A DNA stretch of 64,000 bases from Bacteroidota bacterium (GTDB lineage Bacteria; Bacteroidota; Ignavibacteria; UBA10030; SZUA-254), in NCBI GenBank assembly GCA_035635475.1, contig DASQAZ010000036.1, positions 13,066 through 77,065 on the forward strand. Reading direction: 5' to 3'. Below, one piece after another: positions 8,425 through 18,785 of this stretch; the stretch's first letter is position 1, and each line of letters opens with the position of its first letter. A program made the translations under genes and the position numbers. The notes under the pieces were generated by a model. The model saw only the letters and a list, made by a program, of their open reading frames with translations, was not told the origin of the DNA and searched no databases.

Positions 8425-9983
8425 GCCGTCCCGGAAACAGCACCCTCGTCTTTGAAACGGGCGCCATGTCGGGATCCGGCCTCGGTGAGTCGTCCATGAC
8501 ATTGACTCTCGCCAGTCAACGCGGACTGGTGCTCGGGTTCGCGGTGATCGGTTCGATCGTTCTCTCGGCAATCATCATCCTCACCTACGGGAACCTGGCG
8601 GCAGCCTATGCCTGTCTCGCCGCCTTCGCGGTCGCCTTTATAAGCTTTTACCGTATCGACGTCGGATTGGATATTCTCATCGGCCTTGCGATGCTTTGCG
8701 ATGAGTTTGATATTCCAGGATTTTATGCCTGGACGCTGAGGGCGGGCTACTTCACAAATCTCAAGGAGCTGTCCTATCTGATGGGCTCGGAATGGGCGGT
8801 GATGAATCCATTCGAGCTCCACCTGTTCCTCCTGTTCTTCATCTGGCTGCTTGTGGTTTGCCTGCGGCGGAACATCAAGTTCACGCCGGTCATGCTCTGG
8901 CCGGCACTCGCTTCGATGCTGGTCTGGGTTGTCGTGTCGCTGGTCCTTGGATTGCAGAGGGGAGGCGATTTCCTTCCCGCGCTGTGGGAGATCCGAGCGC
9001 TATTCTATTTTGCCCTCGTCTACGCGTTTGTCCCGCAGGTCGTCGAGTCGATGACCCAGATCCGGACGCTTCTCTGGGTCATGATTGCGACAATCTCGAT
9101 CAAGGCGTTTCAGGGGATTGCGCGTTACATTCTTATAGGCCTCACGATGGCGGGCTATCCAACGCTGACGAACCATGAGGATCCCGTCTTTATGACGACG
9201 CTCGTCATTCTGCTCCTCGGCTTCCTTCTGTTCCGGACGGGTGGATCCCAGCGCGCCGCCCTCCTTGCGCTCCTCGGACCGCTTCTTTTGGGGTTCTTTG
9301 TCGCACAGCGCCGCGCCGCCTACGCATCCGGAGCCGCATCGCTCGCCGTGTTCGTCGTGTTGCTGTCGAAAGAAGAACGGCGCCGGCTTCTCAAGAACGC
9401 GGCTCCGGCCATCCTCCTGTTCTCGCTTTACTGCGCCGTCATGTGGAATAGCGAGAGCCGGTGGGCCATGCCGGTCAAGCTGGTCAAATCCGGATTTTCC
9501 AACGATCGCGAAACGGCGGGAGAACGGTTCTATTCCAATCTCTATCGGGAGCACGAGAAATATGATCTCGCCATCACAGTAAGAAATGCCCCGGCAATCG
9601 GTATCGGATTCGGGAAAAAATACGATAAGCCGATCGAGCTCGTGCCCATCCCGTTCACGCTCAGGGATTACATTCCTCATAATCAGATCCTGTGGCTGAT
9701 CGTGAAGATGGGGGGACTGGGTTTTTTTCTATTCTGGCTATTCTTCGACGGGATCGTCTACCGGGGCGCGTCGATCGTGTCCCGGCTGCACGATCCGTAT
9801 CTGAAAGCCGTGTGCGTGATGGCTGTGGCGGCGGTCATCAACCAGATGGTGACGTCGTATTACGACCTCCAGTTAACGTATTACCGGAACATGATCTATC
9901 TTGGAGCCCTCCTCGGCCTGCTGCCGGCGATCCGGAATCTCGACCGGGACACGGCGGGTGAAGGGCAGGAGACATTGCCATGA
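8421..9983 (+). CDS. wzy: O-antigen polymerase/ligase family membrane protein (Wzy-like)
   Basis: About 10-12 hydrophobic helices with a large loop, typical of Wzy/O-antigen-ligase proteins. The position in the locus fits. The track ORF from 8283 adds an R/H-rich non-membrane extension. ATG 8421 is translationally coupled to the small upstream ORF. Confidence 0.7.
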   Translation: MSRPGNSTLVFETGAMSGSGLGESSMTLTLASQRGLVLGFAVIGSIVLSAIIILTYGNLAAAYACLAAFAVAFISFYRIDVGLDILIGLAMLCDEFDIPGFYAWTLRAGYFTNLKELSYLMGSEWAVMNPFELHLFLLFFIWLLVVCLRRNIKFTPVMLWPALASMLVWVVVSLVLGLQRGGDFLPALWEIRALFYFALVYAFVPQVVESMTQIRTLLWVMIATISIKAFQGIARYILIGLTMAGYPTLTNHEDPVFMTTLVILLLGFLLFRTGGSQRAALLALLGPLLLGFFVAQRRAAYASGAASLAVFVVLLSKEERRRLLKNAAPAILLFSLYCAVMWNSESRWAMPVKLVKSGFSNDRETAGERFYSNLYREHEKYDLAITVRNAPAIGIGFGKKYDKPIELVPIPFTLRDYIPHNQILWLIVKMGGLGFFLFWLFFDGIVYRGASIVSRLHDPYLKAVCVMAVAAVINQMVTSYYDLQLTYYRNMIYLGALLGLLPAIRNLDRDTAGEGQETLP

Positions 9984-10786
9984 ACCTCAGAACTCCTCAG
10001 CCGCGATCGATCTTCCTCCTGGGCACCCGCGTTGACAACATCGACGAATGCACCGCGCTTCGCATGGCGATTGGGTTTGCCGCCCATCGTGACGGTCTGC
10101 CTGCCCGAACGGTGTGTTTTACCAACGTTCACACCATCTGTGAGGCGAGGCGCGACCGTACATTGATGCATTGCGTTAATCTCGCGGATCTGGTTCTGCC
10201 CGACGGGAGCGGATTGAAAATCGCCGGCCGGATTTTTGGCACCCCCATCCGCGAAAACCTCAATGGAACCGACTTTACACCCAAAGTTCTCGATGCCGCG
10301 CAGCAGAACGGCCTCAGCGTTTATCTTCTCGGCGCCCAGCTGGGAAGGGTGGTCTCGTGCAGGGCAAACCTTCTGAGGCAATACCCGAATTTAAAGATCG
10401 TGGGACTGCATCACGGCTATTTCACTGCGGATGATGAACAGGATGTCATCCGGGACATCAATGCGAAGAAGCCGGATATTCTCCTTGTTGCGCTCGGCAC
10501 CCCACGACAGGAAAAATGGATTTCGAAAAATGCAAGATGCCTGAACGTCGGAGTCTGCCTCGCGGTGGGGGGGCTATTCGACTTTCTCTCCGGCACCGTC
10601 GAACGCGCCCCGGCCTGGATGCGGCGGGCGGGAATTGAATGGATCTTCCGTCTCCTTCAGGAACCGCGGCTGAAATGGAAACGGGTGTTTCTCGAAATCC
10701 CGATGTTCCTGGCCCTGGTGATCGCCAAACGGATTGTTCCGCGGAAGCTCCGGATGCTTCATGATCGAAGGGTAGCGCTCCGATGA
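9980..10786 (+). CDS. WecB/TagA/CpsF family glycosyltransferase (GT26)
   Basis: Family blocks seen: LPDGSGL, NGTDF, YLLGA, LVALGTPRQEKW, AVGGLFDFLSG..ERAPAWMRRAGIEWIFRLLQEPRLKWKR. ATGA overlap with the upstream gene. Confidence 0.9.
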   Translation: MNLRTPQPRSIFLLGTRVDNIDECTALRMAIGFAAHRDGLPARTVCFTNVHTICEARRDRTLMHCVNLADLVLPDGSGLKIAGRIFGTPIRENLNGTDFTPKVLDAAQQNGLSVYLLGAQLGRVVSCRANLLRQYPNLKIVGLHHGYFTADDEQDVIRDINAKKPDILLVALGTPRQEKWISKNARCLNVGVCLAVGGLFDFLSGTVERAPAWMRRAGIEWIFRLLQEPRLKWKRVFLEIPMFLALVIAKRIVPRKLRMLHDRRVALR

Positions 10787-12282
10787 CAATCGATGCCGCC
10801 CGATCGGTCACGAAGAACGCCGCCGTCATGATGGGCTCTCAGGTCGTGACGTGGATCTCCACGTTCATCCTCATGCTCTTCCTTCCCCGCTATCTCGGCA
10901 GCGAGGAATACGGAAGGTTGTATCTCGCGATCTCGGTCGGGATGATCATCCAGATTATCATCGAGTTTGGCGGCAACTACTACATCCCGAAGGAGGTCTC
11001 GCGGGATCGGGAAAGCGCCCCCTCGCTGGTCATGAATTTCATTCTCATTCGAATCCTCCTCTGGGTTGTCTCAATTCTGCTCCTCGCCGGGTTTGCGAAT
11101 TTCGCCAGCTACCCCCGGGAGGTCAAAGGGTTGCTTTTTATTATCGGCACCGCGAAGCTCTGGGAAGGGATCGCCGGAGTGGTGCGCAATTGCCTCCAGG
11201 GATTTGAAAAAATGGAATACACATCGGCTGCCGCGATCGTCGAACGGACGTTTCTCACTGCGGTTGGCGTCGTTGCGCTTTGCCTGGGGGCGGGAACGGC
11301 GGTGATTGCGGCGATCATGGCCGTAAGTACGCTCCTGAATTTCCTGACCGTCGCGAAATTCTTTCGCCGGTTTGTGCCCCGGCTTCCCCGCTTCGATCCT
11401 GCGGCTGCGCTACGGATCATGAGGTCGTGTTTGCCCTACTTTCTGTATTCAGTGTTTGCCGTTGTGTACTACCGTGTCGACGCCGTAATGCTTTCGCTCA
11501 TGGCGCCGGAGCCGGAAGTGGGATGGTACGGTGCGGCGTATCGTTTTTTTGACGTCCTCATGTTTCTGCCGAGCATCATCACGACGGCCCTGTTTCCCGT
11601 GTTGTCACGGCTATGGATCCAGGACGAAGCGGTCCTCGGAAGGACCTCGAACCGCTGCCTCGACTTTGTGATCCTTGCCGCGATTCCCGTTGGCGTTTGC
11701 ACGTTCGCGTACGCCGAACAGATCATTCAATTCTTCTTCGGAATTAAGGAATACGGGCCGTCGGTCATCATTCTTCGCATTTTTTCGTTCGGCATCCTCA
11801 TGCTCTACATCGATATGATTCTGGGGACGATGTTATTCGCTTCCGACAGGCAGCGGCAGTGGACGGTCGTGGCGTTCATTGCCTTGGTGCTGAATCCTCT
11901 GCTTAATTATGTGCTGATTCCGATCGCCGAATCCCGGACGGGCAATGGAGGCATCGGAGCCGCTCTGGCGACGCTCCTGACCGAAGTTGTCGTCATGATT
12001 GCGGCGCTGAGGATCATGCCGGCACACCTCCTCGGAACCTCGTGGATTTACTCGACCGCGCGGGGCGCCGGCGCCGGGGTGCTGATGGTGATTGCGATCG
12101 TACTCGGGAACCGGGCGTCACTGCCATGGGTACCGGCCGGCATCATCGCGATGGGCCTGTACATTGCAGCGCTCCTGGCGATGCGCGCCTTTCGCCCCGC
12201 CGAGCTTGCATTTTTCCAGGTCTTTTTTTCCAGCCGTAACTTGAAGACCATTTTCCCGACACAAAGAGAGATGAGCGCATGA
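10783..12282 (+). CDS. wzx: Wzx-type oligosaccharide flippase (MOP superfamily polysaccharide biosynthesis protein)
   Basis: 499 aa with ~12-14 TM helices. The N-terminus KNAAVMMGSQVVTWISTFILMLFLPRYLGSEEYG is typical of the family. ATGA overlaps on both sides. Confidence 0.85.
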   Translation: MTIDAARSVTKNAAVMMGSQVVTWISTFILMLFLPRYLGSEEYGRLYLAISVGMIIQIIIEFGGNYYIPKEVSRDRESAPSLVMNFILIRILLWVVSILLLAGFANFASYPREVKGLLFIIGTAKLWEGIAGVVRNCLQGFEKMEYTSAAAIVERTFLTAVGVVALCLGAGTAVIAAIMAVSTLLNFLTVAKFFRRFVPRLPRFDPAAALRIMRSCLPYFLYSVFAVVYYRVDAVMLSLMAPEPEVGWYGAAYRFFDVLMFLPSIITTALFPVLSRLWIQDEAVLGRTSNRCLDFVILAAIPVGVCTFAYAEQIIQFFFGIKEYGPSVIILRIFSFGILMLYIDMILGTMLFASDRQRQWTVVAFIALVLNPLLNYVLIPIAESRTGNGGIGAALATLLTEVVVMIAALRIMPAHLLGTSWIYSTARGAGAGVLMVIAIVLGNRASLPWVPAGIIAMGLYIAALLAMRAFRPAELAFFQVFFSSRNLKTIFPTQREMSA

Positions 12283-13538
12283 GAATTCTGCACCTGATAC
12301 CTTACTCCCCCATTCCCCCCACCTTCGGGGGAGCCCTGCGCAACTATCACCTCCTGAAGCACATGGCGGCGAACCACGATGTGACCGTGCTGTTATTCGG
12401 TACGCCCGAGGATGCCGACTCGGTTGCCGGGGGTTTTCATCTGCCGGGCGACCGCGTCCGGGTCGTACGAAAGTCCTGGATCCGAACCCGGTGGCGGCTC
12501 GGGCAAATGTATGCAATGGCAACCCCTTACAGTTTTTTCCATCTCATGATCGGGCGATCGGGCAGGATGCAGGAGGCGATCGACGAGGTGCTTGCCGCCG
12601 GGGAGTTCGACATCGTGCAGACTGAATTCACGCCGATGGGGTGTTACAAGCTAAGGACCTCGGCGGTGAAAATCCTGGACGCCCACAATGTAGAGTACCA
12701 GAATCACCTCCGGATGTCCGTGCACGCGAACTCCCTGATCAGACGGCTCTGGTACAGGCGTGAGACCTATTTGCTGAAAAGGGAAGAGACGCGGGCCTGC
12801 CGGCAGCACGATGCCGTGTTTGCAACATCCGCCCGTGATCTGGAACTTCTGGAGAAACTCTCGCCGGGCGTTCCGAAATTCGTCATCCCCAACGGCGTCG
12901 ATGCATCATACTTTAAGGCAGCCGACCAGACTCCGGCATCGCCCTCGCTCGTATTCACGGGGATGATGGCGTACGTTCCAAATTCCGACGGGATGTTGTA
13001 TTTCTTGGACGAAATCTTTCCGCTGATCAAAAAGAAGGTTCCCGGGGTAACAATCACCATCGTCGGAAACCGCCCGCCCCGGGAATTATTAAGGAGGGCC
13101 TCGGACGATGTCATCGTCACCGGTTACGTGGACGACGTTCGCCCGTTCGTCGAGCGCGCCGCCGTCTACGTCGCCCCGCTGCGCATCGGGAGCGGAACAC
13201 GATTGAAAATTCTGGAAGCTTTATCTATGAAGAAACCGGTCGTCACGACCAGCATCGGGTGCGAGGGGCTGGACGTCGTCGACGGGGAATCGGCTCTCGT
13301 TGCCGATGAGCCCGAAGCGTTTGCCTGCCGCGTGATCGAGCTGCTTCATAGCGACCGGTTGCGCCGGAAATTGATGCGAACCGGATCTGAGCTGGTGCGG
13401 GAAAAGTACGATTGGCGCATCGTGCACAAGCGGCTCGATGAGGCCTACTGCGAAGTCCTGCGCAGCGCGCGCATCCCGGCCGGCGCGGACGCGGATCGAG
13501 ATCGTCTCGAGTACCGTGAGCCGGCTTACGTAACGTAA
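12279..13538 (+). CDS. Glycosyltransferase family 4 (GT-B, group 1)
   Basis: C-terminal block VTGYVDDVRPFVERAAVYVAPLRIGSGTRLKILEALSMKKPVVTTSIGCEGLDVVDGESALV includes the E-x7-E motif. Confidence 0.9.
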   Translation: MRILHLIPYSPIPPTFGGALRNYHLLKHMAANHDVTVLLFGTPEDADSVAGGFHLPGDRVRVVRKSWIRTRWRLGQMYAMATPYSFFHLMIGRSGRMQEAIDEVLAAGEFDIVQTEFTPMGCYKLRTSAVKILDAHNVEYQNHLRMSVHANSLIRRLWYRRETYLLKREETRACRQHDAVFATSARDLELLEKLSPGVPKFVIPNGVDASYFKAADQTPASPSLVFTGMMAYVPNSDGMLYFLDEIFPLIKKKVPGVTITIVGNRPPRELLRRASDDVIVTGYVDDVRPFVERAAVYVAPLRIGSGTRLKILEALSMKKPVVTTSIGCEGLDVVDGESALVADEPEAFACRVIELLHSDRLRRKLMRTGSELVREKYDWRIVHKRLDEAYCEVLRSARIPAGADADRDRLEYREPAYVT

Positions 13539-13551
13539 GTCTCTTCCACCG

Positions 13552-14451
13552 ATGAAAGGAGAATTCTGCGTGGCAACAGATGGAAGCGTGGTGTACACCG
13601 ATCACCGCGCCATGCCCTCAATCAAAGTGTTGATGTACCACCGGATCGTAGACGACGGAAGCCTTGCACAACGGCACTGGACCTGCGTCCACGTGAACAA
13701 TCTCGCTCAACAGCTTCACATGCTCGATCGCTGCGGGTTTACCACGATCACCTTCAACGATTACCGGCTCTCCCTGTCCGGCGAGCTGAATTTGCCGCGA
13801 AAACCCGTCGTTATTAGTTTCGACGACGGGTATCTCGACACCTACCGGCTGGCGTTTCCCGTCTTGCGGGAACTGGGAATGAAAGCCGTCGTCTTCGTTG
13901 TCGCCGGCAAGAATGTCAAGTCCAACATATGGGACCGGCATCTCGGGGTTCCGCCGGCCCCGCTTCTTGAGCCCAGACATCTGGTGGAGATGTCGGGGGA
14001 GGGGATCGAAATCGGTTCTCATTCCCTCACCCATCCGCGCCTGACCGATCTGCCGGACGATGCAGCGTGGGAAGAGCTATCCCACTCGAAGCTTCTTCTC
14101 GAGATGCTCCTTGACTCCGCGATTAACAGCATCTCGTATCCCTACGGGCTCGTCAATCAGAATATCAAGAACATGGCCCGGGAAGTCGGCTATACGATCG
14201 GGTGCGGCGTCTCCAGCGGTCCCGTACGCTTCGGCGACGACCTGCTCGAAGTGCGGAGGACTACTATTAAAAATACGACCGGACCTCTGCGGTTCGGATT
14301 GCGGCTGCTTCCGTTCTTCCAACGATATTCCTTTCTCCGGTGGAAAACCTCGCAGGCGCTCTCGAGCCGGGCAACTCCCGCACGCGGGAGGAATCTGGTG
14401 GATATCGCGATGTCGACCGTTCCGGGGAATGGGTTCGATCATGAAACCTGA
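13552..14451 (+). CDS. Polysaccharide deacetylase (NodB/CE4 family)
   Basis: VISFDDGYLDTY (motif 1), GSHSLTHPRL (H-S-x-x-H) and SYPYG are present. A later start at ATG 13612 (MPSIKVLMYHRI) is possible. Confidence 0.85.
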   Translation: MKGEFCVATDGSVVYTDHRAMPSIKVLMYHRIVDDGSLAQRHWTCVHVNNLAQQLHMLDRCGFTTITFNDYRLSLSGELNLPRKPVVISFDDGYLDTYRLAFPVLRELGMKAVVFVVAGKNVKSNIWDRHLGVPPAPLLEPRHLVEMSGEGIEIGSHSLTHPRLTDLPDDAAWEELSHSKLLLEMLLDSAINSISYPYGLVNQNIKNMAREVGYTIGCGVSSGPVRFGDDLLEVRRTTIKNTTGPLRFGLRLLPFFQRYSFLRWKTSQALSSRATPARGRNLVDIAMSTVPGNGFDHET

Positions 14452-15808
14452 CACTCCACAAATGGAAGCCCCGGAATATCAAGACATTGCGGTTCCAACG
14501 CGCGAGCCGGAGCTCGTCACAATGGAGATTGTGCGATCGGAGAATGAGTTCGCCGCGTTGTCTCAATCGTGGGAGCGGCTTACCCAGCTCTCGAAGGCCC
14601 GCATCTACCAGACATTCGACTGGCAGTGGACATGGTGGAGCCATTTCGGGTCAGGACTCGATTTGCACATCATCGCTCTCCGGCACAACGGGGAGATCAT
14701 CGGCCTTGCGCCGTTCTGCGTGGAAACCGGATCTGTCTGGGGAGTTCCGTATCGCCGGTGCCTGAAGCTCGTTGGCTGCAATATTCGAATTAAAGAACCC
14801 TCCGGGATCCCCGTCACGTACGATGTGTCGGACTATCTCGACATCATCATCCACCCGGGATATATCGGCCCGGCGCTGGAGTCGATCGCTCAGTACCTGC
14901 GCGATCACCTCTCGGAATATGATGCGATTGAGTTCACAAATGTGCCTGACGAGAGCCTGATCATGAAGGCGCTGGTTCCGCGGCTGAAAGAAAGCGGCTT
15001 CAGGATTTTGGCCTCGCGCGCGGACGTCTGTCCCCGCCTGAAAGTGCCATCTTCCATAGAGGCGTACCTCCAATCACTGGGGCCGAATGTTCGCCGCCGG
15101 CTTCTCCAGGCAAAGACGGCTGCGAACGGGGGCGGGTTGTTCACGATTGAACGCGCCGAGGGTCCGGCCCTCTGGCCCGGTTCGGTTCGGGAGCTGGCGG
15201 CTCTGCACCAGCAGAGATGGAACCGGATTGGTTATCCGGGGCTTTTTTATGATGCGCGGTTCGGGCGCTTTATCAACGACGTTGTCGGGCGCATGCAGGG
15301 ACGGGGCCGCGTATGGTTGAAAATCGCAACATCGGGCGGAAAGACGGTCGCAGTGCGGCTGGGATTCTGCTTCAATGACGCGTTCTATGACTACCTTTCG
15401 GGTTTCGATGATCAATCCCCCGCCGCGAAGCGCAGGCCGGGTATCGCCCTGCTGCTTTCAATGATCGAAGATGCGAGAGGGTTGAATGCGGAGACTGTCG
15501 ACTTTCTTCGCGGAGACGAAGCGTACAAGTTTGAGATGAGTTCCGAGGCCGCGCACAACTGGAAGGTCACCGCATTTTTGCCGGCGCATGCCTCCATTCC
15601 GCGGGCGATTCTGTCGTTTGTTGACGGGGGAATCCGCTGGTGGTGGAAAGAACGGCTCCTCATGCGCGTCCAATCTCAACAATATCCTTTCCCCTCTTCG
15701 GTCATGAGGTATTTCCGCTTCCGAACAGAGTCGGTTGCCCGGAAAATCGGGCGTGCGGCAGGCCGAGGTCCCGGATTCAAATCGGAGAAACTCAATGTTC
15801 ATGCATGA
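14441..15808 (+). CDS. CelD/BcsL/FemAB-like GNAT acyltransferase (Acetyltransf_6-type), paralog 1
   Basis: ATG 14441 is in frame with track ORF 14060, whose first 127 codons overlap the deacetylase. Family blocks: FDWQWTWWSHFG...LHIIALRHNGEIIGLAPF and GFCFNDAFYDYLSGFD...VDFLRGDEAYK. Confidence 0.8.
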   Translation: MKPDTPQMEAPEYQDIAVPTREPELVTMEIVRSENEFAALSQSWERLTQLSKARIYQTFDWQWTWWSHFGSGLDLHIIALRHNGEIIGLAPFCVETGSVWGVPYRRCLKLVGCNIRIKEPSGIPVTYDVSDYLDIIIHPGYIGPALESIAQYLRDHLSEYDAIEFTNVPDESLIMKALVPRLKESGFRILASRADVCPRLKVPSSIEAYLQSLGPNVRRRLLQAKTAANGGGLFTIERAEGPALWPGSVRELAALHQQRWNRIGYPGLFYDARFGRFINDVVGRMQGRGRVWLKIATSGGKTVAVRLGFCFNDAFYDYLSGFDDQSPAAKRRPGIALLLSMIEDARGLNAETVDFLRGDEAYKFEMSSEAAHNWKVTAFLPAHASIPRAILSFVDGGIRWWWKERLLMRVQSQQYPFPSSVMRYFRFRTESVARKIGRAAGRGPGFKSEKLNVHA

Positions 15809-18785
15809 AGAGGTTCACTCGCATCTGAACTATGTGCTGGATCCGCCGGCCTCCGCAGAAGCTGGGATCCGGCGGGAGAACTCGCGCCCCTGGTCGAGAA
15901 ATCTGCTGCACTCATTCCGGGAGCTCCTGGATCACCTGCGGGATCTGGCCGCCGCTTCTATGAATTCAAAAAACGACCGGAAAATCACCCTTGACGGGTA
16001 TCTAACTACCTGTGCTCTCTGGCAGATTCTCGAGGATTTCCTTCACCGGGGATTGCTGCGGGTCGAGCTCAGAATGAAGACGGCTGCTCGCGAGGCCGTG
16101 AATCCCGTTCGGAGCGCCCGCTCCCCGAGGAACTGGATTCAGGTACTACAAAGGGGCATCCGGTCTCAGGCGTTGCTCATTCCATCGAGAGCGGCCGATG
16201 TTCTTGCCGCTTCCGCCGTCGAATTGCGCATGAGACTGCGCGAGTCCGATTTAGCGCGAGCCTCCGAAATTTTGAAGAGCGCGGTCGAAAGGATGGCTTC
16301 AGAGGCCGTCGCATCCGAACAATGCACGGGGTCCGGGGAGCAATCAGATGCACCATTGCAAGAGGCCGCACAAACGGTGCTGGAACAATCCTACCCGGAC
16401 ACGCTCCTGAATCGCGTGCTGAAAATTCCGGCATGTTTCAAGGATTTCGACTGCCACCCGGATGACTGCGGGGTCTTCGCAAACAAGATCGCGGAAACTT
16501 TTGAAGACCGCCACGAACCACTCACCGTCCTTGGAATCAGGACTTCCGGCTCGTATCTGGCTCCGCTCTGTGCAGCCTACCTGCGGAAGGAGGGATTCAG
16601 AGATGTCACGATTGCGACCATCCGGCCCGATGTGAGTCTCCTTTCCCCGGAGCAGAGCCTGCTTATCGGGAGAGCGCAGGCGGGAACGATTTTAATCATC
16701 GACGACCCACCCTTCACCGGCGACGGCCTTCTCTCGTGCATCAGGATGCTGGAACGCATGGGAATAGCGGCGAACAGGATTATTGCGCTTGTCTTTGAAG
16801 ATCCGGAGGCGCCGTTCTTTAGCGTAGATGAAATGACGGGCACTTCAACCTGGAAGGAACTCCGCTCCCGCATCCGGACGATTCTGTTGCCGAAGCGCGA
16901 GTGGCGGATCCGGAGAGTCACCGGTATGCTGCAGATGGGCGGAGCGGATATGAGAATCCTGAAACTCCACGGCTTTTCTGTCCAAGAAGCGCCCGCAGGA
17001 ACGGGCGATCCGGCATCGGCTGGGGGCGGCCAACGTTTTCGCGTGCGGCGGGCGCGGCGTCATGAAAATTTAAAGCTTGATAGTACGCTCGAAACTCCGG
17101 GAGGGGCCGCCTCTTCCTCGTTTATTGCCAGGGGAACCGGGTTCGGCTGGTTTGAAGATCATGCGCTGGAAATCGCGCGCCGAATACCGGATTTCGCGCC
17201 GCCGGTCTCGCGGCTTGCAGAGGGCCTGCATCTCAGATCATGGATCGAGGGCCGCACCGCCGCGGAAAACCCGGCTCTCTGTGATGAACAGTTCGTCCGG
17301 CATGCTGCCAGATATGTCGCGGAACGATCCCGGGCCCTCCCCCTGGACAATGAGGGGAATCGCGACCTGGAAGACCGGAAGACAGGATGGCACCTGCTGG
17401 CGCGGACGTTCGGGCGGAGTTATCTGATGCTGCGCTCTTTTTCCTACTATGCGCTGCGCAAACAATTGTCGAGAATATGCCTCGGCGCGCCCCGGGCCGT
17501 GATCGACGGCCGGATGGGACCTGCCGAGTGGATCGTGCCGGCCGGCGGAGGGCACCCGCTCAAGCTGGACTTTGATGAACATGCATTCGACAGGAGCGAC
17601 CTCTCGGTTTTCGATCCCGTCATCGATCTGGCGGGCTTCTCGGTCGAGCACCGGCTCCCGGACCATCTGGAAAAAACGTTGATGATCGAATATATCAGCC
17701 GGAGCGGCGACACCGGAGCGTGGGAACGACTCCCAACATGCAAAATGATCGTGTGTCTTTCGGCGCAATCAGAGCTCGAATCACAGGCATTCGAAGGCGC
17801 TGCCGATCCGGCAAGGGTGACGCTCGATTTATTAGAACTTGAGCGGGTTATGTCAAAAACCGCAAACGGGTTTCTCTCGGAGGCATTCCGCCTTCAGGAG
17901 GCGCGCTGGGAGTCGGACGAAATGGTTGCGATCGATGTCGACGGCGTGCTCGAGGACAGCATCCTGGGTTTCAGCGCGATGTCGCCGGCGGCCGTGAAGG
18001 CAGTTCGTACGCTGGCGCGGCACGGTTTTCAGATTGTGCTCGCCACGGGCCGAAGTTTACCGGACATGATCGAGCGAGCGCGGATCCTGCGCCTCCGGGG
18101 CGGCATCGCAGAGTACGGATCGGTGGTCTGGGACCGGGGGCGCGATGCAACGGCCACTCTCGTGACCCCGCGGGAAATGGAACAACTTCGGAAACTCCGT
18201 GCGATTCTCGCCGATCAAGACGGGGTTTCCATCGACCCCGGTCATGAATATTCCGTCCGCGTTTTTCAGCCGGCAAAGGGCTCCCGCCGGCGGGTTGCCG
18301 CTTTCTGGCTTGAACAGATCCTGCGGCGGTGGAAGCTCGACGAAGTGCGCGTCATCAAGGGAAACTCGGTCACAGACGTGGTCGGAAAGAGCGTGAACAA
18401 GGGCGCCGGACTCCTGTACCTGAGGCGGATCTTCAATGCGCGCGAGGTTCATGCGGTCGGGGACACTCACGAAGATGTGCCGCTCTTCCGCGCCGCGGAT
18501 CATTCCTACGCGCCGGCAAGTGCGGGACCCGGCCTTGCGAGGGAGATGAGGGACGGCGATCTCTTCGTTGCGAAAGGAAAGACGGAGCGCGGGCTGTTCC
18601 AGATCGCGATGAGGATCGCCCACGGAAGAAGCCGCCGTTGTCCGCTCTGCGCGGGCGCCGATCAATGGAGCGAACCCGTTTCGATTCTCGTGCAGGCGCT
18701 GGGTCTGAGAGACAGGAGCCGTTTTCAAAAAATGTCCGATCTGATCGGCCACGACATGCTCAAGAATTTCTATGCCAGCCTTTAA
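15795..18785 (+). CDS. Three-domain fusion protein: phosphoribosyltransferase-like + protein-kinase/APH-like + HAD-IIB phosphatase-like
   Basis: PRTase block (nt ~16437-16814): LTVLGIRTSGSYLAP...GTILIIDDPPFTGDGL. Kinase-like block (nt ~17097-17774): FIARGTGFGWFEDH...VIDGRMGPAEWIV...LKLDFDEHAF...DPVIDLAGF. HAD block (nt ~17916-18539): VAIDVDGVLED, IVLATGRS, SVNKG, AVGDTHEDVPLF. Start taken as ATG 15795 or 15801, inside track ORF 15735. Confidence 0.7.
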   Translation: MFMHEEVHSHLNYVLDPPASAEAGIRRENSRPWSRNLLHSFRELLDHLRDLAAASMNSKNDRKITLDGYLTTCALWQILEDFLHRGLLRVELRMKTAAREAVNPVRSARSPRNWIQVLQRGIRSQALLIPSRAADVLAASAVELRMRLRESDLARASEILKSAVERMASEAVASEQCTGSGEQSDAPLQEAAQTVLEQSYPDTLLNRVLKIPACFKDFDCHPDDCGVFANKIAETFEDRHEPLTVLGIRTSGSYLAPLCAAYLRKEGFRDVTIATIRPDVSLLSPEQSLLIGRAQAGTILIIDDPPFTGDGLLSCIRMLERMGIAANRIIALVFEDPEAPFFSVDEMTGTSTWKELRSRIRTILLPKREWRIRRVTGMLQMGGADMRILKLHGFSVQEAPAGTGDPASAGGGQRFRVRRARRHENLKLDSTLETPGGAASSSFIARGTGFGWFEDHALEIARRIPDFAPPVSRLAEGLHLRSWIEGRTAAENPALCDEQFVRHAARYVAERSRALPLDNEGNRDLEDRKTGWHLLARTFGRSYLMLRSFSYYALRKQLSRICLGAPRAVIDGRMGPAEWIVPAGGGHPLKLDFDEHAFDRSDLSVFDPVIDLAGFSVEHRLPDHLEKTLMIEYISRSGDTGAWERLPTCKMIVCLSAQSELESQAFEGAADPARVTLDLLELERVMSKTANGFLSEAFRLQEARWESDEMVAIDVDGVLEDSILGFSAMSPAAVKAVRTLARHGFQIVLATGRSLPDMIERARILRLRGGIAEYGSVVWDRGRDATATLVTPREMEQLRKLRAILADQDGVSIDPGHEYSVRVFQPAKGSRRRVAAFWLEQILRRWKLDEVRVIKGNSVTDVVGKSVNKGAGLLYLRRIFNAREVHAVGDTHEDVPLFRAADHSYAPASAGPGLAREMRDGDLFVAKGKTERGLFQIAMRIAHGRSRRCPLCAGADQWSEPVSILVQALGLRDRSRFQKMSDLIGHDMLKNFYASL

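Noticed and set aside
14060-14440. N-terminal extensions of track ORFs (14060-14440, 8283-8420, 47185-47271, 60007-60276, 55402-55491, 45710-45781)
   Set aside because: These extensions overlap the upstream gene in another frame and are R/P-rich. Internal starts give ATGA/TAATG coupling, signal peptides or an AGGAG ribosome-binding site.
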